DNA of 64,000 nucleotides from Harriotta raleighana (lineage: Eukaryota), in assembly GCA_050575255.1 (NCBI GenBank), contig JBNZDD010013718.1:6936579-7000578 (forward strand), in the 5' to 3' direction. The position numbers were made by a program, and so were the translations under genes. Below the pieces are notes generated by a model. That model saw nothing but the letters and a program-made list of their open reading frames with translations. It did not search any database and had not been told where the DNA came from. Shown here one piece after another: positions 14,801 through 26,800 of the stretch; the stretch's first letter is position 1; every line of letters begins with the position of its first letter.

Positions 14801-17800
14801 ACAGTCATGGATCGAGTGACCACATTTCTTTTTGAATGGATTGTTACCCCCGGAAGCGATTCAACAATCGACTAATTCCTAACTCCAACTCACCAGCAAT
14901 TTCTAATTTTATGCTATTTCATATCTGTTAAGAAGGAAATTTGAGCCAGGGAAATAGATGGAGTGAGAGAGATGGGAGGAGACAGAATTAGAGTTAGAAA
15001 AGGGGAAGAAGGCAACTGACTATGTTCATATTGTAAAAAGCTTTATAAAATTATGTATTTTAGGTCAGGCCCACATAGTAATGTTCAAATAGCTACTGCA
15101 GCTGGAAAACTATTTCCATGTCTGTGCAGCAGCTGATAAAGTACAGAATTTGTTCCAGAGCCTTAAGTGTCTGCAGACTTACTGACTCTAAGAATTATTT
15201 ATGTTAACATTTTTTGGAAACTTGCTGAGTTCCTGAGGCAATATCTAAAGTAATGCAAAGGATTTGGATTGGCTTTTAATAATTGCATTATCACTGTCTT
15301 AGTTTTCCAATTGTTGAAACTTTGAAGTTGAATTGCACAACTAAGGAAATGTGACTCAGTACTGTTTACCATTCTTCCTTTCTGCTGGTGTTAAAAATGT
15401 AGAATTTGTAAAATGAGTTCCTCTGAGAAGGCTACAAACTTGAATAAGTGGCAAACAGTTAAATATTGAAGACTTGTTATCTTAAATGAGGTTCTAGCAT
15501 CATAGTTTCATATAAATGTTCCACTGGTAAAATGAACTGTTAATTTGTGCTATGCAAATATATTAATTTAGATAGAACCGTTGTTAATTTTATTATGTAT
15601 ACCTAATATTCTTTCTCAGAGATGAAACATTCTGTCTAACTGATGCACAGTGCTGGTTTACATGACTTTGACCAACATTTTAGCAGTTAAAGCGTAAATT
15701 AGAAGAGGTGACTATCTTAAGAATTGTTTAAATGTTCACACCTTTTCTCTTCCTCTTTCTTACCCATTTCAACATAATTTGGGGATTTCTATCTTGTTTA
15801 AAAACCTCACTGATGCATCACAGATGTTCAGATGGAATGAAAGTTTCCCAACAAAATTTGGAACTATTGGGCCTGCAGGATTTTGTTTAGGGTCATTGTT
15901 ACTTAGGGTCATTGTTACTTAAGGTCATCCTATGTTGTGGCTTTAGTACATCCTGAACTCCCCCTAATATTGCAAAAAATGAGAACTAATTCTATTGGTC
16001 ACAGTAATGTGATTATTATAATGGTAATGGTAAATTATTATTTCCATTATCAAAGTAGCTGATATTTTTCTTAAATATTTTTGTAATTCTCAAAAGTTGC
16101 ACATTTTGTCAAATTAAATGTTAATGTGATAACTAAAGATTGATGGAATGGAAGAAGAATGGAAAGAAAAGGGCCAGTGAAAGTTCATTGTCTTTCTTTT
16201 ACTTCTAGTTACAGATGTGATGATTTTGTGGTGAACGACACCAAATTGGGCCTAGTACAGAGGGTCAGAGAGCATCTGCAGAACTTGGAGAAGTATGTAT
16301 GAAAATCTTTATTGGTTTACAGTAATAACCCCAATTGTACTAAAAGTCCAGTAGAACAAATTCATGTATTTTGAGCTAGATAAATTTTGGAAATGTAAAA
16401 TGGAAGCAGCTGTTAGAAAGCATTCCAATTTGGTGACCAAAGTAGAGGTAATGTATAATTGGATGATTTTGTTCGCTATCAGTTTTTCTCATAATTTTAA
16501 TGATACTTGTGATTGAACAATGGTGATAAGATAGTAATCACCACCAACAATGTATTGTGCCACAGAATGGTGTGAAATGTATCCATGCTTGTGAAATTCT
16601 CATATGATGGTAAGGAAAGTTAACTCGCCAAGTCTAGGTCCCTTTCCTACATGGGGGAAAATCTGAAAGAAATTTGCTAACCATTGCTTAGTATCAAGTT
16701 GAGAATAGTTTTATGTTGCTCTATTCAGTTTGTTTGAACAATCTGGTAGTGCCCTTTTTGATACATCCCTTGAACTGCTGTATTTCATTTTCAAATGATC
16801 ACACGAGAAAACTAGAATTACATCTTAGGGCTTTCCCTCCCTATTGGGGACAGTTCCCAGTCTGCAACTGATAATATTGTAATTGCTGGCAAATTATTCT
16901 TTATATTGCAGACTTCAGATTCACTGCAGCATTAAATCATTGCTCGTCCCGGTTGGCTTGTTCCTGTAGAATTTATTGCTGGAATCAAGTGGTGGGGATG
17001 CTGCTTTCTTACTCATAATTTAATAATTTTGTAAAAGTGCTGTGTGATTTGTAAAATACATTGATAATTAAGTAAAAATACACTGTAATTGTCCATATTG
17101 TTTAGATTTTAACTGTATCCTTATTTAATTTTGCTTTTCGTGCATGTATTATTGCATGTACTATTCAAATGAAAACTATTATTTTAGTTTAGTTTTTTAG
17201 GCTAGGCAAAACATGCTATGTTTCCAAATATCCTCTTGATTTTAACATTTTACTTCAGTGTAAATGTTCATTGGCTTCTAAGTTTATGGGAATCATGTTT
17301 GGAGCATATAAAATATTGGATGTTGGTTGACTAACTGTTGTGTAACATGGCTAGTGTGTAGTAATAATTAGCATATGATAGGTATGTCAGGCAATTTCTC
17401 TGATGCTATTGATGCATATATTTTCATCTTTATATTAGGAGTAACCATATTGAAACCAGATGCCTGAGCTTGAAATAATTGATGTTTCTGAAAATGAGTT
17501 TTTCTGATAAAAGTAGTTCCGAATAGCAATAGGTCAGCTTTACATTGGGTAGGGGTGGAGGAATATTACAATCTTCTTGCAGATACATTCAGCTTGTCTA
17601 TGGGAGAAAAGATTAAATGTTTTCTAACTACTGTATCTTGTTTCCCTCATACATTTTGAAACGATTTCTGGCCTAGGCTGCCCTGATTGACTGTTTTCCA
17701 GTGAAAAGCAACAATGATTAGTGCTTCAGCTGGTTTTCGATCTTCCTCACCTTTGTATTGTGTAAACTGAGGAAATCTAAGAAAAGTGTTGATTAAAATT

Positions 17801-20800
17801 AATAAATTTAAAAATCCTGATTGGAACAATGTTTTTTCTGGCCCACTTTCCCACTTTAGGCATCTTATAGTTCCTAATAGCAATTACAGTATTTCTTAGT
17901 ATTTTTAAACTGTTATCTTTTGGAGACTTGGTTAAACAGATTTGTTCTCTCATATGTATTCTGTGCTTGTATCATTTTGTGTGAATGTGAAGGCCATGTG
18001 CTAAATCAGAATATCTATTTACTACTTATCTAGGGATTGAGGAGAGAGAATTTCATTGTTCATTTTCTTTCGGACTCATTTTAAGTCCTACAAGGATGGT
18101 CACGAATATGTGTTATTTTAGATTCTGTTTTAAGTATCTCAGAAACCAGTACAGGGTGCTTGTTTTTAGCCATTTTGCCTTTCAGCTAATCCCCTGGTCT
18201 ACACAAAATGGTATCTTTTTATGTGCACTTTACATGATCTATCCCGACTTTGATGACTGACTCATAAAACTCCTCAAAGGGAACCTCATACCACTATTAC
18301 AAGATACTAGATGTGCTTACCCTTCGACTGCTGCCTCCGTAGGCTGTGCCCGCTTCTGTATGTCAATACGTACAGTATTGAAGAAAATAGCACAAAGTTT
18401 CTACTCTTGTGTTGGGGGCTGGGTGGGGATTTGCAAACTGGGCAAACCACAGGATAAAAACAATGCCTGTCATTGTGGCCATGTTTTCAGTTTAACATCA
18501 GTTAACTAATCTACATGATTTTATTTAGCGGCCACTAAATAAATCTATTTGAGTTGAATGGAGACATATAGTTTCGCTTGTGTTTTTTTTAATGGTATGT
18601 GACTTGTAAATCANGAATTGCAAGTGACTTGTAAATCAGTATTTGTATACGTTTGAGGAGGACACACAATTAGATATTTACTTAAACTGAACATATCCAT
18701 TGTTTTACTTTCAAAATTGAGGTACAGCATTACACCTTCTAAGCTATCTCCCGTTAGAAAGCTTCTAAAATAATTTTTCTCTTTCCTCCATCTGCAAATG
18801 ACAAATTTAAGGATATGCAAAGCAAAATATCCTCTGTTCTGTTGCTTGGTCTCTAAATTGGGGATGCTAAAACCTTTTAGCCTGATGCTTAGAAAAGAAC
18901 CCAGGTTTTTATTTTTCTTATCCACAGATTTCTTAGTTAATGAATGACTTTGGTGACTAAATTATAAAAATGAATTGTAAACTGTATTTTTTAAAAGCTG
19001 TTTAAAACTACATGCGAAGTCTGTAGTTAATGCAGTTTTGTAACATATCCCAATTGTACAACTAATTTTAATTGAAAATAATAAATTTTTACTCTACATA
19101 TTTTCATAATGTTTATATGAAAAATGTATTGAATATATACAAAACTTTTAAGATAATGACCATAATTACGCTAGCATGTTAAAATAGTACATTAGAAGCA
19201 TGTTAGAAATAATGCTTGTTTTCCTGTTGAGAAAGTGGAATTTACAGTATCTCAGTAGGAAAAGATTAAAAAAGTAGATTCGATTGCATCCAGATAAGTA
19301 CTAGCATGTTCATATTATTTTAAATGATCTTTACCTTGAGAAAGTAATATTAAATGGTTTATTTCTACCATTTATTTATTCACTTGATATTCTCCACAGC
19401 TATGTTTACCTCTCCAAACTCCAAAATGGCGCAGTTATTATCTGTTGCCTATAGTCAGAAGTGAATGGGTATCAGAGCTTTGGCAACTGAGAGGATTATA
19501 TTTTTCTTGTAATTACAGGTTGAGGCACAATAAGGAAAACATTTTGTGTGTGTTTCTGTAGGAATTTGGCTCTTTAGAATTTCAGCACTGTGACTGAACA
19601 ACACACTGAATAATTGTAATCTGACCCAAAGTATTGAGAATAAGTATACTTTATAAAAGCTGCATATGGCTTGTGTAGCATGACATGCTGTTTATCAGGT
19701 GAAAATGATGTGGACTCTAATATATCTTTTTATCATGCAGTTCAGCATTTTCAGCAGACAGGTACCGAAAAAGAAAGCTGATGGAAAGTTCGTCTTTGAA
19801 CAGCAAGTATGTGAAGGTCAATGTAAGTACACTACACACCAATTAGTGGGCATCTTGTTAATGGAAACTTAAGCAATATTTGCTCATCTGCCAAATCCTT
19901 GCTCATGCATTCAACATGCTTACTTATTAAAGACCATTGGATGAAAGGATCTTTCACCTTGCAGTGGGATTATAGCCATTAGCAATTGACTGACTACAGT
20001 TTAGCCTCCCCAAATTAGGTTGTGTTTTTTCAGACTATTGTTAAGAGACTTGCCCCATCTTGAATGTGCAACTCTTGGGAGTCAGACAGACGTTGACAAA
20101 TTTCTCACCCATGGTCTTCTAATCCTTTAGACCGTGAAAGAGGCAGCCTAAATTTCATCTGATCTAGGATGTTCAGATTCTGTAATTGTTTTTCAAGGTT
20201 TGGTGATAACCACAGTAATATTGCAATAAGTTGTTTCAATAATATTCATTTTTCAATATTGCAAATTCATGAAAATCCAACTTTGCTTCCAGAAACTTTT
20301 GTTTTCGGCCTTTTTCTGTGTCTTATCAATGTACAGAGATTCATGGTGAAAGCTGTCACAAATCCTTTTTGAAATCTTGAAAACATTTACCGGGAGTGTG
20401 TTTTTAAATTCCATGTTTTTATAATATTTTCATGGTATCTTGGCAAATGATTGTGCAGAGCCCTCTCATTAGGACCACGTTTGATGGTTGTTAATATGAT
20501 TCTTTTGACAGGGAGGGACCTCTGCTATTTGCGCCACAGGCCTTCGGAATCTTGGAAACACTTGTTTTATGAATGCCATCCTGCAGTCCCTCAGGTATCT
20601 TTTGTGTTCATTGTTGAGAATTGTACAGTAGTGCAGCCAGCAGCCCATGGGAATCTACCTGTATCATTTTGTATACGTCTGCATTTCAACCCAAACTGCC
20701 TCGATGGACTTTATACATACATACATTGCTGTGGAGCTTCTTTCCTGAATACGCTCATTGTGGTGGGATCCAAAATTCTAAAGCCGGGTTTCAGAAAGGG

Positions 20801-23800
20801 TCTTCTTCAGTGAGTATGCTTCTATGCAATTTGGTATGTGATTCTATGGTTACAATCTGCCAAAGTAACACCATACAACAGGTAACATATGGTAACTTAT
20901 AAATTAACAATTGGGTGAATGGCACCATAGTGTGATGGGGACACATATGCATTTGGAATTTCTGAGCATGATTAAATATCCAAATTAACTGAAGAATAGA
21001 TGAGAGCAGGTGAGGTTACCATGTTTTTGGTACCAAACCTTTCTCGTGGCCCCCCCCCCCGCCACACACACACAAACACTTTTCTCTCTGAAAGGGATTG
21101 ATTCATGAATCTGGTTTAATGGGTGGCCACTCCGGTACCTCAGTGTAGATTTCATTCACGTAAGAGTCTGCATAGTGTCTGTATTTAATACTGGTTTGCA
21201 CCACACACAAAGTGAAGTAGCCGAACAAACTGGTTTAACAATAATTCTAGTGGCAGAGGTCTAGAATGATGATAAATAATAATGCTTGCATTTGATGTAG
21301 TGCTTTTCACTTCTAGACATCTCAAAGTGCTTCACAGAATATACTGTGAAATTAAGTGATTTTGTGGGCAAAGTGCAGCAGCCAATTGCGCACAGCTGTG
21401 GATTGAGTTACCAAATTATATATATTTTTTGGGATTATTATCAGCCATATGGTGCAAGGAACCTTGCCCAAGGTTTCATCCTACCAGATCTCTTACTTGT
21501 GAGGCGAGTGCTCTAGCCAATGAATTACAGAATGCCACAGAATAAAAATTCGTATTTCATAATTCAGATTCTACTGTACTGTAGCACATGAAACTTTCCA
21601 TCATTAATTGGACACAAAGTATTTAGTAACTTCGCTGCTAAATGATGTGTGCTATTGAGTTGGGTAGCCGGTCACCATTTTGTCCCTAATGCTGACGTGG
21701 AGTTACTTCTATTGTTATTGATCTGATTTAATTTTTCTAAATTGCAGTAACATTCACCAGTTCTGCTGTTACTTCAAAGAGCTCCCAGCAGTGGAGTTGC
21801 GAAGTGGTAAAACTGCAGGTAGAAGAACCTACCACACGAGGAGCCAGGGAGACAACAGTGTGTAAGTTGCTGTTTTTCTTTGCCTATTGGTAGTGTATTT
21901 CTGAGCACAAAAGTTGGGAAAAATCATTACTGTAAGCGCAATCTGCATTAACCTCTACAGCTCAAGCATTTAATGTAAACATTACTTATTTATTCTTCGG
22001 TTTATTAAAGATGACATTTTTCTAATATTTTTCTAAACGGTCTAGTTCTTTGGTAGAAGAATTCCGAAAAACTCTCTGTGCCTTATGGCAAGGAAGCCAG
22101 ACAGCATTTTGTCCTGAATCTCTGTTCTATGTTATTTGGAAGATCATGCCAAATTTCAGGTAGGCAACCAGGAGAAATCTATTGGTTTAAATAGAAGTGG
22201 TACATTCATCCGATTCTTCCCCTCTTCACAAATACGTAATGGCTATGAAAGTTTCTTGCTTTGTATATATTTCAGCAAGTACTTGACCCGTGCACTTCGT
22301 CTTTTCTTATCTATTTCTACCTTAATGCAAACTTAGTTTCACCTACCTATTTCAATACATATGAAACATTCAGATTTATTGAATTCACAATATTTTCCAT
22401 TTCTATGGTTTGTGCAGGGGATATCAACAGCAGGATGCTCATGAGTTTATGCGATATCTGTTAGATCATCTGCACTTAGAGCTTCAGCGGAGCTACAATG
22501 GTATGACAACTTCATTTATTTCGCCAGGCAGCTCAAGCATCTCTCCAGGCAGTAAATGCTGCATGTAAGTCCCTAAATCAGTTTTTCCCTCTATCATCTT
22601 GCTCTTGCATTTAGTACTTTGCCCCTTCCATTTATTGTAACATGGTTCCTTTACATGAGTACGTATTTTCAGTATGGTTTTTAATCAGTTTTATGATTTG
22701 TTTTGATTGGCTGTATAATTGTGGCAGCTTTTTGATTGATTTCCATAACCTGCTGTGCTCAACCTCCAAATTTATAGTGAGCTTTCTTCATGATTTCCAG
22801 TATGCATCCACTGAATTTTTCTACTTTCACTTTTGGAGTTATTTCCACAATGACTGTCCAGCACCTTGAGACGTCCTCCTGACGTGAAAAGCGCTATACA
22901 ATTATAATTTTCTTTTTGTTCTTGTTTTCTAAGTGATGTAGTGTTTTGTGCTAATTATGTTCGCAGATTGGTGACGATGGAAACAGTTGAAAGTGTACTA
23001 CTTCTTTCATGTTTCTAATGTAGATCATAGATAAATTAATTCAAGTGCATAACATGCAAAGTGGGAAATATTCCTAGCAGTTCTTCCCTTAAAATACATG
23101 TTAATTAATTTTTAAAATATTTTTAATGTAAAAAAGATTGTTCAGAATACTTCATCTTGTAGTTTCTACCCTGTTATGATATTGCTACAGTGTATGACAG
23201 TTGCTGCTTTGTAATTTTACCTTCAGTGATAGTGCTCCATTCACTTTCAGAAATGGTGCTTCAACAGTTGTCACAAATATATTTGGAGGAATACTTCAAA
23301 ACGAAGTAAACTGCTTAATTTGTGGGACCGAATCCAGAAAGTTTGATCCATTCCTTGGTAAGAAATCTGTTTCCATATTAGTTTTTTTTAAAGGAGAATG
23401 TCACAGGTTTGATCTCGATTGCGTTGGCAGGAGTGATGCTAAAATTGGCCCCAGCATAAATACCCTCTACTGGAAATGTACATGTGTGCAAGACTGTTCG
23501 GTTAACATGTCTGCCACAGTGGAACGGGCTTACATCATTCATTGTCCTTTGCCTTATGGTGTCCTTTGCCTTATGGTGTCCTCCCAACATGAAATACAAA
23601 TGTAATTTGTTGCTCTAGCATGGGTAAATGCTGGAGATAAGAGTCTAAAACAAATCAATTTTCCGGCAGGAATGGGCAAGCTTACAGAAAACAAGTGTGG
23701 TGGACAAGAGGAAGGAAGTAGTTTGAGGGTTTCTAACGAGACAAGGCACCGGCTGCTTAGTTTCATTGATGCTGAAACTTTTCAGTGAACTTGTTCGTCT

Positions 23801-23855
23801 TCTTTTAAGATCTGAATATATATACATATATAAGAGAATGAATGATGTATATATT

Positions 23856-23892
<37 letters not shown>

Positions 23893-26800
23893 GAATTGAT
23901 TAAACAAAACTACCAGAGATTAGTTCTGCACATATAAATCGCAGAGAATAGATTGCCTTCAGGAAAGGTAAAATATGTAAGGTGATTTCCCCCACCCCAA
24001 AAGCTAAACATTGTAATGAGATACTATTAACATTTTGTCTTCTAGATCTTTCACTAGATATCCCAAGTCAGTTCAGAAACAAGAGATCCAAGAATCAGGA
24101 AAATGGACCAATATGCACTCTCCGTGGTAAGGCTGTTTTGTCCTTTGCCTTATGGTGTCCTCCCAACATGAAATACAAATGTAATTTGTTGCTCTAGCAT
24201 GTGTAAATGCTGGAGATGAGAGTCTTAAAACGGATCAATTTTCCGGCAGTAATGGGCAAGCTTACAGAAAGCAAGTGTGGTGGACAAGAGGAAGGAAGTA
24301 GTTTGAGGGTTTCTAACGAGACAAGGCACCGGCTGCTTAGTTTCATTGATGCTGAAACTTTTTAGTGTACTTGTTCGCTTTCTTTTAAGATCTGAATGGA
24401 CCACATGTACATTTTAACTAGAAAAGCTTGGTTTCAGTGCAATAAGAGGGAGAAAACTATAACTTTTCTGATTGCCAAAAGTCAATATCTTCCATCCCAC
24501 CATATATTAATTTTTGGATTCTACACTTTGAATCGGTTGCCAATGGATTCTCTTTTGTTCTATTTAACTGCAATTTCTGGAGCCTGAGTAATACCTGCTT
24601 TTATGGCTCCAGAGAAATTTTATTAAGCATTGAATGACTGGCTGAGCCTTCTGTGATTTTTGGTTTACTTAGTCAGCACAGACTTGAAAGATTAATGGGA
24701 GTTCTAGCAGTCTGATAAATGGTGATTTGTAATGCCACAATATATATGAGTAGGGGTGAGAAGATTGTGATTGAATCAGTTCTTGCCAATGTAGAGTTGT
24801 TCATTGCAGTCTGTTTTCCTGTAGATTGCCTACGCAGTTTCACAGACTTGGAAGAGTTGGATGAAACCGAGCTGTACATGTGCCATAAATGTAAAAAGCG
24901 ACAAAAGTCCACAAAAAAATTTTGGATTCAAAAGTTGCCAAAGGTTAGTTCTGTGTTTCGTTTCCTGTACTTTTCTTGAGAAAATAGTTTACCTCTAAAT
25001 TTTATATGGGTAGATTTTGTAAATGTAGATCTCAGTTCAATCACTCAGCTATTCTGAGATGTTTTGGGTGTTGGTACACCAAACTTGAGAATTAAACTTC
25101 AAAGTGCCCTTTTTATTTGAGGGTTTTGTCTGGCAGAACTGAGGTCTACATTTTATTTGAAAGGTGCAACATACAGTAAATACAAGTAGCAATTTATATT
25201 TTTGTTGATGAATTTCACATAAAAGTATCTTCTCAAAGCACTTTACAGATTGAAATTTGAAATGAAGTGCATGATGTGTAGACTACCTTGGTGTTAACTT
25301 GTGCTAGCACTTTCTTAAAAACAACAATGAAATGAGTAGCTATTTGATTTGATTTAGGGATAATTTTTACTTGGGTCTTTCTAATGAAAAAAAAATCCCA
25401 ATGCTCAAAGTTGTAGATCTTCTCCAGTGAATAAATCCAGTGTTGTGTATCCGTGTAACCGATTGCAACTGAACCCACATATTGAAAATGTTCCAGAATA
25501 TCCAGGTGTTAAACGGGTCAGTGTAATCTACTGTATTGTCCCCTAATTCTTGTGATCTTCTTTCTATCCCATTAATTTTAGGTATTGTGTTTGCATCTGA
25601 AAAGATTTCACTGGACAGCATATTTACGAAACAAGATTGATACGTATGTAGAATTTCCTCTGCGAGGCCTAGACATGAAGTGCTTCTTGTTGGAGGTATT
25701 TGTCCAGTTTTATTTTAGTTTTTATCAGCTGCTTCAGATTTACATCAGGGTATAAATGACAACTATTGAACTATAGAATGTTTTATCAACTATGTTAAAA
25801 GTAGCGTCTGCTTAGCAGGCATATGTGTATCAAATGTGTTAACATTGCTGCATTTGCAATGTCATGTTAGCCTGTGATAATTGGTTCAATGCAGTTTTTA
25901 TCCTGTATTCGCAGTTGAATGCAATCAATAAATTTGCCCTTATTAGTGAGGTACACTTATTTAGTGAGATTAAAGTGAAAACTGATCAAAAGATGCCCCA
26001 AATGTTGAGTATTTCTCATTATTGAGGTCCAGATGAGCTGAGGTTCTATTGTATAACAGAACTTGTGTACAAATTGTATGAAATATTACAACAACAAATC
26101 ACATTTATAGAGCGCCTTTCACGTCAGTTGGAAAGACAAGATGTGGTGTGCTTAATATCCCTTTTAAGCGCTCTGAGATGCGATCTGGCGTGGAGGGCGC
26201 TATATAAATTTAAGTTGTTGTTTTAACGAGCTCCTGTGGCTTAGTGGTTAGAGCACTTGCCTTACAAGCATGAGACCTGTGTTCGAATCCAGGCAGATCA
26301 GGGCGAAACCTTGGGCAAGTTTCCCTACTCCACACGCCTAATAATAATCCCTCCAAAAAAAACATGATTATAATAATGGGTCATTTCAATCTATGACTGT
26401 TTGTGGGACACTGCTGTGCGCAATTGGCTGTCGCGTTCCGCCCACAAATATACAGTCAATTCACTTTACAGTATATTTTGTGAAGCGCTTTGGGACGTCG
26501 ATAAAATGTGAAAAGTGCTATATCAAATGCAAGTATTATTATACATTAATACTTCTAATGGATTCTTATATTTGTCCTTTTCTAGCCTGAAAACAGTGGT
26601 CCTGATAGTTGTCTTTATGACCTTGCAGCTGTAGTGGTGCATCATGGATCAGGGTAAGTACGTGTGAGGTTGAGAAACCATCCAATAATTAACCTATATC
26701 TTGCTGGAGCTTGCATAAGTTTTGACTTGTTAATTTTCAAAAGTCTGTTGTAATTTAATTCTTGAGCACATTTTGAACCAAACCCTTTTTGAGTAACATA

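Noticed and set aside
18599-18640. Repeated GTGACTTGTAAATCA around the N at 18615
   Set aside because: Flanks a scaffold gap; likely a join artefact.
20451-20902. 120-aa and 93-aa ORFs overlapping USP3 exon 6 and intron 6
   Set aside because: Not in the USP3 frame and no recognisable homology; consistent with chance.
26228-26295. Possible tRNA-Val(TAC) gene (also at 32009, 40720 and 31860)
   Set aside because: The acceptor stem does not close, there is no T-run terminator, and the sequence runs into a SINE body.
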